Below are positions 22,241 through 37,181 of a DNA stretch of 64,000 nt, piece after piece (within the stretch, counting starts at the first letter, position 1; the number at the start of each line of letters is the position of its first letter). The stretch comes from Ylistrum balloti (taxonomy: Eukaryota), in contig NW_026782105.1 in the NCBI RefSeq assembly GCF_031769215.1, forward strand, positions 1-64,000, read 5' to 3'. The notes under the pieces were generated by a model. That model saw only the letters and a program-made list of their open reading frames with translations. It searched no databases and had not been told where the DNA came from. The position numbers and the translations under genes were made by a program.

Positions 22241-23814
22241 TGTTGTTTAAATAGATTAAGCGTTAATGTGACGTTTGTCTGCGATTAGTTTTAATACATG
22301 TGTACTTCATTTTTCTTCACCAGATACAGCGTGTCTCAGTAATAAATCCCACAAACTGAGTTATTTTTACATCAAATGACGCATCTTATATATCTGGTTA
22401 ACATTTTGGTGTGAATTATTTCATATCAAAATAATTAAATGCGTTTTCCGGATTAATTAATAGTAATTTCTTCAGTAGAAACTCTGTCGGTATTTCGCAG
22501 GAAATTGTTCTTACAATACGTATAGTAGTCAGTAAGTCTATATCATGAAAATGATGAATTTACTGTTGGTTATTCATCACAAACTTTGTATCGATCATAT
22601 TTTCCCTGTGGATTAAAGATTGTGTTAAATGAGACCGCCAGTAGGAAATGGTTCCGATTACCACAAAATTGGTTTGTACAAGATATCAAAGTCACCATCA
22701 CATCGGGCGTCATTATTCCTAACAGAGTTTAGTCATCATGGGAACCTTTCTCTATTGTGTAAAGTATACCAACTACATGTGGTTATATGGGATTATCTAT
22801 TATTACGGGCACACATTAGATGAAGACAAAAAGTCCTGATGAATATATCAATTATCTTTAACATTTGATTGCCGGTCACAAACAACACGCAAGTCAACAA
22901 AAATGTCAGAAAAACTTTAAAAGTTAGAGTTGTGTAAAAAGGTAGTTTGTCAACTATCTTTATCTAAGAGACAATCTGGAATATACACGAACCACATCTG
23001 TTATTTCCCATACATCCTAATACACATATCTAAGTACAGGTATAGTTTTATACTATACAGCTTCAGGTTAATGGTTTAACCTCGTAACTCCCGTGACCTC
23101 TCTGTAGTGTGATACAAAAAAGCAATACATTTTTATATGTTAAGCTCGCTTAGTGTTTTGTTGGATGTTCGCAATTTGTGGATTCACTACTACTGTATTA
23201 TTAATAAGGGTATATAGATATATAGGTATCATACGAAAGATGTACTATTCAGTAAAGTAAGCTGTATGGTCACATTGAAGGATTGTACAAAAGACGCGAA
23301 GAGAATAACACCTTTTAGTACAGGTTTATGATAAGACACAGTGGACCAAAACATTTTTTAAAACTGCGCCATACAACTTTATATAAATCATTTTAGGACT
23401 CGTCAGAACTACGAATCATCTTTTTGTTTTCTTTTCAAACTGCCAATGACTATAATGATAGCCAAGGCAGTGTATCATTGATATATGGGGTCAGATGAAC
23501 TCAAGGTCTGCCCGTCCAATATACTTTAAATACAGGTAAAAGCTGAAAGTCTCGGTTCTGTTCAGCGTGGCAGTAAGCCGAGGTGAATTCCTCATATACT
23601 ATAACTACAATAGTACTGAGAAATTTATCACAAGGATTATCTCATTATATGTACATGTATGCTATCATTTTATGTCACACCTCTAAATGATATTATTACA
23701 CTATTCAGTAAACAATTTATTTCTACTTTTTTTTTTTTTTATTTCTTTTATTTTTGAAAAGTTTCATAATTTTCACAGATATTGACATCTACATGTGCAA
23801 CACACTTTCCCATA

Positions 23815-23903
23815 CATCATCATCCTCATCCTCATCATCATCAACCATCGTCATCATCTGTATCTCATTAAATAACAACATCCTCATCATAAACCATCAT
23901 CAA

Positions 23904-23934
<31 letters not shown>

Positions 23935-24035
23935 CCACAACATCCTCATTATCAACCAACATCATCATCATTATCATCAACCATCATCATCAAGATCCTC
24001 ATCATCAACCATCAACATTATCAACATCATCATCA
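23815..24035. repeat. (CAT)n-rich low-complexity tract
   Basis: Imperfect catcatcat/catcaac repeats. Confidence 0.9.
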
Positions 24036-24156
24036 GTAGAAGTCATTATCTTCACGGAATATTTAACTTTTTTGGAAGTAATACCGTTTATGAGTTTATC
24101 TTGTACGTATTTTGTTCTATTTTTTTATAATACATGTAATTTTGTTAGGATAATTT

Positions 24157-24425
24157 TTTGATGTTCGTTAGTTTGCCTGTTTGTTCTGTTGTTGTATAAA
24201 TCGTTCTCGTTTGAGAACATGACCTTACTTACTTGGATTTACCAAGATTTACATGGCGGATGTCGTCGATGAACAAGAAGACATTTACTCTTCCCCGGAA
24301 CACATGGTCTTGTTCTCATTGTACTTTTTCAGGAGTCACCGTGTATACTTTTCTTTTATAAATATTTAATCCTAGTTTGGAATTTGAGTTTGGATTATGA
24401 TTATGTCGTAACGTTGGTATTTTCT
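24157..24425 (+). mobile_element. 3' fragment of the same Penelope-like repeat family, copy 3
   Basis: tttgatgttcgttagtttg...ttacttacttggatttaccaag...gtcgtcgatgaacaagaagac...tttttcaggagtc...gaatttgagtttggat matches copies 1 and 2. Confidence 0.6.
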
Positions 24426-27400
24426 TGACTTGTTTTATGTATCTTAACAGACAACGAGGCGTATTATCTGCTTGATTCAAAAAGGAAAAAAGGAGGAAGA
24501 ATCATGGCAATAAAGACTAGCTATAAATACTTTACGCATTTCAGATCGCCGTAATGTTAAAAGATAGGAGGACTCAAAACCATAATTGTGGTGTACTGCC
24601 TTTTGTTAAGTAATAAGAACTCCCACATAAACAACGTCACTTCAACTCTGTTACAAAAGGATTACATAAGACAGAGACATGAAGTGTATAACCTTACACC
24701 ATTGTTTAAAGATCTCTATAGACATGTAATTGTATAATTTGGTAAATTAACTGCACACGTATATTTTCATTTATTCTTGTCACGTAAAATCCACATAGAT
24801 ATTGATTACGTGTGAGAAGTGAGGTTAAATCTACGGAAGAATGAGTTTAGTTTAACACAGTCATGGTGTTATGCAATGACATTGATTTTTTTCAACTCAT
24901 TGTAATAGTTTTTGTATTTCTCATTCTACAACAATGCAAATGGAAAATACCAGGGAGAACGTAAAACAGCGAACTGGCCTAGTAATAGGAAACTAAATAC
25001 CGTTGTTGTCATATAGATAACAGTACAGATTCTATTCAGTTTATTGCTTTTATGGGGATACATGACACAGTCCATGAAAGGGATTTTAAATTAACATTTA
25101 AATACGATCAGGACAGGCAAAGCAGTGTAGTAATTTTTCATGAGTGCATAATACTCAAAAATTTTACATCCACTTGACAGCGACTTTGTCTCAAACTTTT
25201 AAGATTGTTACTGGTAAAATATGTACTGTTTCTGGTAAACGGCTAGCTTTTGTAGGATATAAAATATATATAATATTTGGCGGTATTGAACAGTATTAAT
25301 TCTGCTTTAACAGATGAATTACATCATATACCCCGCTGTATGTCCGTTTCGCCCTTAGGTGACCACAAAGTCCATTGATTCCACACCAGGAAAGACATTG
25401 AAACGTCTGTCAAAATGTCCAGAGTAAAAGAAACTTATATTATTCTTATATATAGGATCTTAAAAGTGTTACAATTTTATACATTGTATGAGGTTTTAGG
25501 AAACGAGTCTTATGTAATGAAAACTAATTCCATCCGGAAAGTGGCACGGTACAGAATATACACATGTATGTGTTATAAAATTATCAAATAAATGGAAATA
25601 ACAAATTTTATTCAGTTAGAGGCTAGTTAACCTCCACGCCTAGGTATTATCCCACAGTTTCTGATTTACCTCAGTCTCCTCGTAGGTTTTAAAAGAAAAG
25701 CCTTAGAATCACTGACGAGTCCTAGAAGGACAGATCAGCTGTATGATGCAGTTTTATTCACTGTTTGGCTCAGCTGTATTTAACTCTATATTTGTATTTA
25801 AAGATGCTCTTCATTTGTATGTGTGTGCGTGTGTGTGTGTGTGTTTTTTTTTTTACAATATTGGTCCCTTTTTATCACGTAAGTCACGAAAGTAACATTC
25901 TGAAATCTTTTCAAGTAAAATTGTGAAGCAAATTTCTGGATAACAAGCTGATTATGTATTAACCTCTCATTTAATGACCATATACAGTGTTTTTTCACAT
26001 GTAAGTAGAAAGAAGTAAATTTTGTCAAGTATAGCAGACCATTTTAGGTGAAATAACACATGCACAGAACATTCCTTAGATCTTTTCTTGGAATAATAAA
26101 CTAAATTCGATAAAAGTATATGATTTAACACCAAATCTATATCTAAATCTCAATCATACGTAACCGGCATATAAGAAAATAGTGATTTGCTATGATAACG
26201 TAACATTAAGAAATAAGGAAGCAAGTGTTAAGCCCTTCTCTGTTATGTATCCTAATTTTTCTTATTGATATACACGTTTTGTACCCAAAAATAACACAAA
26301 AGTACTACTTGGTATACAACCATTGACAGTATTCTTTGCCCTATATGCGTTATTATTCATGCAATTCATGCTATGATTATACAGATAATTTTAATGGTCT
26401 ATATAATATAAATATCATTTTTTGGGGGGATGAATCTACATTTCTTATACCATAACATGGAAATTCATGGAATTCTAAAAAAGCTATGACAAAAACAGTT
26501 ATCTGAATACGTGCAACGAAGTTTAAGGTATCCGTATAACACGGTGATAAACAATGTTTCTTCTGACTGGTAAACGTAAACAACCTACACACGTGAACCA
26601 AGCACAACAAATCATACGTGGCAGTGTCTTATTGAGCAATAACCAAAATGAAAACTTTACAAATTGAAATGAAGACATAACATGAACTCCATAAAAATAC
26701 GAGGTAATTTCTGTTCTCTTAGAAATACTATTACTATATCGTTATGATGTTTTTATGTAAGACATATGTCTTATACATAATGTATAGTTATAGTGTATAT
26801 CATATGGATGTACGTACACCGCGTTGAATAACTTGTGTCCAATGCAATTGTTTTCCCTTCTAGCGATAAAATTTGTTTACATTGTAATGTAGCATTTAAG
26901 CTATATAGTAATACATAGATATACCCTACTTGTGTACTTGTGTACTGGAAGTACTCTAGTATGTAACAATGACACGATTATCTGTAATCGAGCGTATCAA
27001 ATAAGTGATATATATGTTAACTCTAAGTAGTTTATAAGCTTCTATATTAGGACCAAGGGTATGATATTTTATCCTTTCAGATTAAGTGCTTCCTCTGTAT
27101 TCATACATTCTTGATGAATCACTCTTCGTACAAATGAATTGATTTGCCGGGTAGTTATTGATTTGAATCTGTTTTGACAGTAACCACTGAGGTATGTAGG
27201 CTGATGATAACTGTGCAGCTGTCCTTGGTCGATAAATAAGCAGTATAATGCTGATGGAATGCTGAAACTGACATCATTTTTATTTTAATCTTTAATTAAA
27301 GTGTTTGGAAATTCTAATTTGCTGTTAAACGTTCTGAATGAATATTAAATGTTGTTTGTTATTTGTCGCACACGGCGTTAGATGATATAAACATACATGT

Positions 27401-30400
27401 ATTCATCCTTTAAACGGCAAACGAAAAACAGCAAGAGTTTATTATCTGACACACTGACGATAGCTAAACTAAGTTAGATAATCATATTTTGACTTATCAT
27501 ATTTAATATAGGTTTTCTATGTACATTGTTATTATTAAAAATTAATGAGCTGTAAACGGATAATTATTGTGGAATGTAGTTCGGTTGAAAAGTCGTTAAA
27601 AGACATACATTTACGAGTGAACTATGAAATAATTGGAAGGAACTTAAAATCATTCTGTAGTTGTAAATATCACATAATTTTTCCAACAATCATGAAATGA
27701 TGCAGTCATTTCAAATATTTTTGCAATATATTCCACTAGTAAGTGTACTACAGATTTGTTTGATTTTAAGGAGCGAATGTTTCACGGTTGTCCTGAGATC
27801 ATGGTTCATTTTAAAATATCAATTAAGGTTCTCGCTAAATAGCGAATACAAATCAGATTACCAGCTATACCTTTGACAACTATAATTATTTTTCAGAGAT
27901 GGTAAAGTTGATCCCATCCGGAATTATCTAAATTCGTCAAACCCTACCCTAGAATTTATTTGTTATGCTTTTGTAAACGTGCTAGTAAAGCGTGCATTTT
28001 ATTCGTCGTTCTTAGAAGCTGTGTTGACGAAAGTCTAGAATTCTAAGGGAATTTTGGAAATCTAACCCTACAAACAAAACAATCATAAACAATACAATCA
28101 TATATATACTGAAAATTGGCGGTTTTAACTTTTGATTAGTTCCAGTAATTTGAATGATTTTCATTTCTAACGTTATACATAAAAGATTTTTAATATTCAA
28201 TTTGTGTGTGTGTTTTTTTTTTTAAACTCTTATCTCAAAGCATAATTATGTAATCTTAATTATTTCATTCATAGAATTTATACAGCAGTGGTTTGGAGAT
28301 AAATAACCCGTGCCATGCATGGTTTTTAAAAGTCTAATTAACAATGTAGTGAAATGACTTGATATAGCTGAACTACTTAATATCCCATTCATTCACTATA
28401 AATGAATGATACCCACAACTAATGTCTAAAAATAGAATGTATCACTCACTCGTCCGTACATTGGGAACCCCAAATACGTCATTCTTACAAATACAATGCT
28501 TTATTCGCCAACCAAATCATTGTGTTGTGTCGTATATTTGTCTGGATCGTGAAGTAAAATAACCCGTGTCCAGACGTCACAAATTGACACCTCGTGATCA
28601 TTACTTTGTACCATCACCACAAAAACAGTAACATAACGATATATAAGTATATCCTAATTTATAAATAAAGTAAGATTTTGAAATTTTTCAAGTAGAGAAA
28701 ATATTCGCCGAGTCATGCCTGAATCATAGAGCATACTGGTTTGTGAAAGCATTACCAGACAAATCAAACTGTAATGATATAATACAGTTTATTTTACTCT
28801 TGTGTCTGAACAAGTGTGTGTGTATATGTATAACCAAATAATGGAAATCGTTGATCGTATGTTGATTATTTTAATATACCAAGCTAACTTCCCAAGCTGG
28901 GAAAATACAGTTAACATGAGATATATTATGTAACATTTCTATACTTCAGTGAGTGTTCCTATTAATGTTTATACTGAGTTCAATTAGATTTAATTTAAAC
29001 ATAAGAATAATTTGAACATTGATTACTATATCAACAACTTACAAAAACTGTAAATAACGCGATCAGATTTTAGCGCAATACTTTGAATGCGAAAAAAATC
29101 CTCGCCAAATTTGTACGTCTACTGTGATCAATAAAACTGACATGTGTAATCTTTACTTAAAACAAAACCTACGACATAGCTACTAGGTGTGACAAATTTG
29201 ATATATATCTTTTATTACCGTTCAATTGACGCTTCCATTGTTGGAATACAAATGCCACATTTATTTACAGTTTATACATATACATTTACAAAGTAATACA
29301 GTTGTTTTAATTTGTTGGAAATACTTTTTAATTTACTGAAGTACTACATTAGAATTTTTTTCGTGTAGTGAACAATTTTCATACACCACATGGAGAAATT
29401 AATTGTGCGTTCTTTATTTCGCTTAATTCAACATAACATCGACACAATATAAACACTTCGGACTGTTTGTCAACAACATTTAAAATTTTGAGGGTCCGAA
29501 TTTTCAGTCAATGTTGCAGGATAAACAAAACATATGATCAGTGGCTTAGAATTTTTTTTCGGTTCGTGAAATCGGAGGCTCTCCTTTTTTGCCTTTCTTA
29601 ACTGCTTTCTATATGCAGTTTTTATTTTCGACCATGCGCCAAGTGCTCTCAATTTATTCCACGACCTGGCATCTACACTTTGGTAGATCCCCTGTATGAT
29701 ACTGGGGTCCCTGGGTGACTCACTGTATCTAAGATTTACTGAAATACGTATATAGGCAGCTGTCGTATCAGTTTATCAGAGACTTTGCGCTCAAAGTCTG
29801 CGTAAGATATAAGTAAATATGAAAGGTGTATTTATATTGAAACGGATTGGAAAAAACAAACTTGTGAACATTTTCATCATAATCATGGGGTAAATCTAAA
29901 CGATAGAAAGATTTATATGCGTACGCGTACAAGGAGAATAAGACCAGGTGTTCCAGAAGAAAACGCGTTTTCTGCTTCATCTAAGATATTCCCCCATGTT
30001 AATCTTTATCAATTCAAGTAAGTAATGCCATGTTCTCATATGAGAACAATATATTAAAACTGGGATCAACAGGTAAACTAACGTGCGTCAAACAAGCCCA
30101 GGTTTATATAACACAAAGAAATAGAATATTTTCCTTTATAATCGTTTTCGGATTATTTTAAAACATGTTCCGTAATTTTATATTAACAATGGATCAATCA
30201 ACACTGACTACCAGAAAGGAGAAATTTTGTTCCTTATATTCATTGTTCTTTGATTTATATATATCCGTAGAATGATGTGTGACATTGTAGAATAAGTGAA
30301 AACAACACATAAATTGGAAGATATTTCGTCCTTGAAGTGTCCCTGGAGTTTCAATGCATTTACGTTAACACTGGAAGTTTCAAACACGTGCTGTGGTGTT

Positions 30401-32829
30401 CACATCATCTAGTGAACAGAAATAGAGATGATAACATAAAATGAAGCCAAGAATATTTATTTACGATACCCTGAAGTACAAATTATTTAGTTTTCACTTT
30501 TGAGGTCTTATGTAAGATAAATACTATGAAAAATTCACCAGTGCACCTTCCCATCTAGATGTTGACTTTTTCGATAATTTTGATTTTTTTCAGTCGCATC
30601 TAGGGTTAGGAATTTAGACCCATATCATCACTGAAACAGCTGTACGATGCAGCTAAATTAATTGTTTGGCTCTAATTTACCTTACTTTTTTTATCTGAAG
30701 GTGTTATTCACTTGTGTGTCCATTGCACCATCTTTAAATAATGTAAAGTTAACAAATCTATAAACCGCAGAGTACAGATAAGACTTATCCCTTTAGGGCG
30801 ATGAGTAACGTTTGATTACGTTTCTGCGTAGTTCATTGTCCACCTTCTTGAGTGTCAGTGAACCACTATAAAAACCTGTGGTATAAACAATAAAAGACGT
30901 GAGATTTTTTTTATACATTGTATATATATATTGATTTTGACAATATACATTGTAAACAGCTGAACCTTTTGAATGTTTAGAAGAAATCATATAAAAATGT
31001 ATTAATACATAAGTAGAACATCAAATGGAATTCAAATTTAAATATCACTCTTAAAATAGACATTACTTGACAGATAACGCAACAAAACTAGGTTACAATA
31101 TTTAAAGCATAGGAAATCACGTTTGTGATTCGTACAACAGCTTAAATAAACAATTAACAGAATGGAAATTATATTTCCAAAAAAAGACAAAACACGTCAT
31201 ACAGTCGACAGGTGTCCGTGCATGTTTTATCCTCAATCTGAGAAACTATCTAACCTTGGTGTCACTTCAAAATGACGTCATATCTGCCGATATGTTGATA
31301 AAACTATCACCGTCAAGGTGATAGCTCAACTGTAAATTGGCATGTACATAAATCAATACACTTTAACCGGGGAACACAATTTCTTAATGTCATAACACAG
31401 AAAAGGGACTATTTGGATTTAAAATAGAATGATCACAAGCCGACAAAGCGTCCAAACAGCGACACCTGTTCAAGTTCACAAAATAATGAATATTGACTTT
31501 TATCACAGCAAACTATCCAATAGGAATGATGATATACATTTATTAATAAAACACTGTGTTATCATAAATATACATGTTTTTTTTTTATTGCAAAAAATAT
31601 AAAAAAAATGGCTCAAAGAATATATAATTGTATCTCATTTTTAAAATGAGATTATTGCACACAGTCCGCCTAAAGTAATACCTACTTCTTCTTTTTTATC
31701 AATAAATGACAAAGCCTGGAAATACAGTGGTGTGATGTTTAACATATATTTCGTCCTTAGATCAAGATCTCCATTTATCGGTTAGAAATCTAGTTGCCGA
31801 TAGTTGTCGCTATAAAATAAGGTGGACATAAATATCCAGGCACTTACCCCAAGTACAATTGAGCAATGAAGTTAAGATTTGATTGTTTACATAAGTAGTA
31901 TATCTTGTTACACACTGGTAACTGCTTCAGTAAAATACGACTTAAAGCTTATGTATGTGTTTTTCATAAGCATGATGTGCGTGTAATTGATATATAGAAT
32001 GAATCATGTCTCATTCTAGTATTACCTTTGCCAGAGATCAAACATGGTATCACTTATCACATCAAAGATGTCAAAGAGATCAAATGTAAATGTGCTAGTC
32101 TCACCAACACAAAATAAATAAATTGCAAATAATAATTATAAGATGAAAACAGTTCAGCGAATAATTTAAGTGTTAAATGTAGCACGATGGAAAAATAGCG
32201 TGTGTATCGCTTACAAAAAAATGACAACCAATCTGATCTCAAGATTTCTTCAAATACAGCATACACCCAATTTCTAATTAATTCTCAGACGTGAATCATC
32301 TTTCCGGTTTAGCATAGGGCGCAACGTCGAATACAGTGATGGAAATACTTACAACTTTCTCTGGTTGTCCTGCGATGACAGTGTCATCTAGTTTTTACAG
32401 TCCTCACAAATTGAAACATTTTCCCCATTAGCAATTCAGAACACAGATAACAACAGAATATGCTTTCTGCTCATATGGGTGTAAACCGATGTTATCAGTC
32501 AAACAAGTCTGTCATAAATCTTAATGGAAACAAATTAAGATCGCGAACCTCTACCTCCGCCTCAGAAAGTTACACTCACAGAATTAGGGACAATGATCGA
32601 AGTGTCATTCCTATTTTTGGTAACTTCCAGGAAAGCCTTTCTGTTAAAACATTTCAATCCTTCCGAATATCCATCTGCTAAAACCTTTGGAAGATTTGCA
32701 ATTGGATAACTCAAATGAGGGGCCCTTGAATACTTTGACCGGCACAAGGTTTGGATTCACGTGCAGAAATGCAAGCTGCCCACGTACGTGTTGCATAGAT
32801 TTAGGTCCTCTATGTTTGCTTCTACGACA

Positions 32830-35800
32830 TCAATCCAGTTCTGAATCTGTCTCCTCCAAAACCGAGTCCTGTCACAATGTAAAGAGTTTGTTTTCAGAAC
32901 ATAACAAACGAAATAAACACATCATATATGCAGGTTTCTTTTCAAAACCTGACATAATTTATATTCATAATTTCTCTGAAAGTTCTTAATTTTTAAGCAA
33001 ATGTTTTATCAAACCATTACACTCAACCAAGAAATATGACTTCAATAAAACCTACCCATCCTCCCCTGTCTGTTATCCAGCCTGCAAACTTGTCAGAGAA
33101 GTACTGAAGAGCCATGTCCTTGAGCTTGAGCGCCACTGCTCCACCAGCGCCCGCCATATGTACAGCAGCCTTGGTGACATAGAAGTACATGGCAACATTG
33201 TGCCAGCCAACAGTACCACCAAGAGAGGATTCAACAACTTTAGTGAAGCGATTATACTGGTCAGTTTCTTGTACCAATTGCATAGCTATCGGCATGACAA
33301 TGGATGGTACATTAATCTGTGAAAAGTACATTTGATACAAGTTAATAAAGGTATTGTCCATATCAGTTAAGATTCAGCGATTCAATTTACTGGTTGAAGT
33401 TTCCCACATGAAGGTGATTTTGGTAAACAATACGATCATGGAATTACACATAAAAAGCATAGCAATGATCACATTTGTCCCAAAAGCTCAGTAATCAGCA
33501 CCTCTTGGTGGTGTCTTTTATTGCATGGCACATTTAACGTCAAACATATAGTAAAAGAAGGTTGATGCAAATGAAAGTTAAAATGGCTATTGGTATACAA
33601 TACTGAATATTTAGATTTCCGGTTATGACAAATGACTTTTTGGATAGGGTTACATTGTAGAAGTTTTTACACTTACTGTCTCTGATAAACGATCTCCTTC
33701 TTTCCGTAACTCCATGATTAGGTCTCTCTCGATTGAATTAAGCCTCTCTAATGGCAATAGAACAAAGATTTCATTTAACAACTATTCTTCTCAAAAACTG
33801 TTAGAAATGTTATGCATGTAACACAAAACCAAAACGGATCCAATGGTAAGAGAAAATACTGGTCGGTCAAATCACATTCCATAAAACCAAAACGATTCAA
33901 TGGTATTACAACGGTATGAGTATAATTATAGATAACAGACCACTCAGAAGATAAAATAAGATAAATATACCTTAATATATATCGTGTTTAATTAAGGAAG
34001 TAAATGGATTCTACAAAAGACATATGTGAATGGACTTTTTAACTTTACACACAATTTTTGTCTATGAATTTAAGATATAGTAACTGCAAGGAAATGAATA
34101 AACAATATTTTTAACCAGTCTGGTCTTATCATATCTAAACAACCCATGAGTATTATTTCCCTTTCTGAAATCGGAGTTAGCATGAAGGACGTGGAAATAC
34201 AACGTCTCAAAATTGATGTTCATGATTATGGGTTCCAACTTCTTCATTATCTACCAGAAAACTTTTCTCTAAACAGACCCATCTGGAATATAAATTGAAA
34301 TGTGTGGTACGGTGTAACTTACCTGGTGCTTGTCTCCCCGAATGAACACCGGTCGGGGACTGACACTCATTATCCGACTGGCTACTCTCTGCCCTTGTAA
34401 CGTAGTTATCAGCAATGGCTGCAAGACGGTTGGCCACACTTTCAATGCGTTTATTTTTTTGCTCCTGTGAGAGTTCATCAAATGGGATCGAATTCACATC
34501 ATTTCCTGATAACAGCCGTCTTCGGCCGCTCCCACGACCTGTTCCAAAACAGAAAACACTTTAATTTAAATGTGGACTGATACATATATGGAAATGTATG
34601 GAAAACAAGTATCATTCAGATAGTTGAAAATAAAGGATTGATCTATGCATTTGCAGTGAAATAAATTTCTAGAGTACCTGCTTACTTTCATTCTTTAAAA
34701 ATATGTTTTTTCTATTGATTAAGGCAATGCTATTACCTTGCAAAATTGCTTTATTCATACAGTCTTACAAGACAACGCAGTGTTCATATATAAATGTATG
34801 TAAATTGATTATGAATGCTTACCCCTCTTGGCGACTGGCTCGTGCCCATCAACTTTGTCAAAATCGTTCGGACAGTCAGGTTCCACATCGTCAACTTCCA
34901 TTGGACATATCCGTATGCTTTCGTGCGTATCCGTCACAACATCCATATAACCCTCTGGGCTCCTCACATATTTGATGTGGGTATCTGTTTCGACATCTAC
35001 TTCAAAATTTCCTGATCTGGGCAATGAATTAGAAAAGGTATGGCATGGGACCAGTCCCTGCAGTTGAAGTCTTGACCTGTCCCCATGGCCATCGATACCA
35101 GCCCTCGTGGTAGATCGGGTTCGACGCCTTTCGGAAACATTTTGCTCGGTGTCCTGGGAGATGATTGCCTCAAATACCTTGGTGACAGTGTTTGGCGGTT
35201 GCTGGAACTGGCCCATAGGACATGGACTGGAGGGAGAGGATAATGATGCGTGGCGACTTGGGCGTTTCCATTGATCGGAACTGGAGGTGGGAGCTTTCAT
35301 AAGACTAGGGCCCGGTTTGTTTTCTTCTCTTGGTGATTTAGGTGCTGTTTGAAAGGTAAATAAGAAGATTTATAAGTAATAAAAAAGAAGTGTTTGCTGT
35401 TGATCATACAAAGTTTCTGCAACAAGGTTCAAATCAAAATACGAATATCTATCTATTTGTAAACAAAACAAAATCCATTTTACGTAGGATATCAATATGT
35501 AGTTTTCTTTAACATAATTTGATGCAAACGGGAAATGGACAAGGTATGAATTACAAAGTCTATCAATAAATGAAACCCTTACGGTTCAATACACACTTTG
35601 TGGATATACAGTGTTATTGGTGGGCTTTTTATACGTCATATAGTGTAAAAGATCACTCAGATTAATTTCTTATTACAAAGTATCGCGTGCTGATCTTTAT
35701 CCTGTACTATGGTGTCAGTATTCTTGGAAAAGTAAATGAAAAAAATGTCTCGGTTGACTGCTTTTGTGTAATTAGTGCAGGGTATTTTTCGTATCGATTA

Positions 35801-37181
35801 TTAAGTGAACAAAACAATACCCCAGTCCTAGTGTATGTGTATTGGATTTTATTGACTGCCATAGTGCACTTGCTTGCTAAATCTCTACAAAAGTTAATTT
35901 ATTCATCTGATGAAAACATTAAAGTAACACACGGTGTTCCAAACATTCTATGCCTATAATACATAAGGGTAGACACAAAATTGGCATGAATACCGTGAAC
36001 AGGAAATATTTTTGTGTAGGAATAGTTAAAACGTTTTTGTTCTCTCTGTACTATATGCAGACAGCTAATTACCATTTTGACAGACTTGTCCTGTTGTGTC
36101 GTTTTGTTTCTTGAAAATAAAAAACGTACCATCGAAAAAAATGGGCACCAAAGGTCGGTGTTTCAACAACGATTAAATTTAAGGTGACAAAGAAGTACTT
36201 ACCATCTGAGAACTTCCGGCGCAAACTCCTCCTCAATGACTGAAATTTTGTGATGGCTGCCGGTTTAGACTTGGTAGAAAGGTCCCGCGTATCAGTGATG
36301 GTTGTGTGTGATTCCGAGTGGACACCTGGACTCGACGGAGTCACACAATCTTTCACCTCCATAGACTCCTCCCGACGGACCAGAATATCCCCATGACGTG
36401 TCTGGGTCACGTGTGACGTACAATGGCCATTTTCGTCCATGACCACAACACTATCTTCCTTTATATTTTGTTTATCCTTACGATACCTTTTGGTCTTCTT
36501 TTTTGGTGACTTTTGGGCTTTTGCTTTCTTACTCTTTTCTTCGTCACTTTTCTTTTGTTTAGTAAATGTCAGTAAAATTCTTTCCTTTGCTCGTTGAAAA
36601 GCACTCTTCTTTTTCCTATCAATAGTGTTGATACTGACATCATCCTCTCCATCAGAATCATTGGACGCTACACTCCCAGATCTCTGAATTTGATGTGTTG
36701 ATTTTTCATTGTAATTTTCAGTTTTGTTGTTATTATTGTTGTTCATCTGAGCTTCCGAAGCTTTTCTCTTCCTTAGACTTGCTCTCCTCAGTGTTGCTGA
36801 CTCCGGGGGCAGTGTCTTATACTTTCGTTTATCGTAATCCTCTTTCTTGAAAATTCTTTCCTGTGTAATTTGAAATGGCGAGGGTGCCATGTCATCAATA
36901 TTGTCATATACTGAAAGTCTGTGAGTTGCCTTACGGTAACTGTTGGTTCGTTTAAACTGTTGCTGGTCCTCAACCTGTAATGAATTTTTATCAGCGTCAG
37001 TAGTAGTGGTAGTCGTGGTGCTCTCCAGCACGTGCTGAACTCCCGTTGTGACGTCACGTTCCGACGGAAGAGTTTTGAGCTTTTGTTGATACATGAAGTA
37101 ATCAAAAAGTTGTTCTGTGTCGCTCTTCCTTAGAGGTATGGTCTGTCTCCTCCCATTTCTCTTTATCCCTGTGGCAGACAT
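32830..37181 (-). CDS. Bcl-2 family protein, Bcl-G/BCL2L14-like, about 695 aa, no C-terminal membrane anchor
   Basis: Phase-consistent exons 37181-36203, 35344-34823, 34538-34323, 33747-33677, 33316-33056, 32868-32830 (2088 nt including TGA). BH3-like RLAAIADNY and ELRKEGDRL, BH1-like VGWHNVAMYF, BH2 WITDRGGW, acidic end DSVLEETDSELD*. Confidence 0.85.

Noticed and set aside
23754-24161. Poly-His/Ser ORF
   Set aside because: Translation of a (CAT)n microsatellite with a TTG start.
27081-27191. Isolated exon-like segment (AG...GAG|GTATGT)
   Set aside because: Stops in all three frames and no partner exons identified; a lncRNA exon cannot be supported from sequence alone.
29470-29652. Short Lys/Arg-rich minus-strand ORF as a LINE remnant or gene
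   Set aside because: No diagnostic motif; too short to assign.
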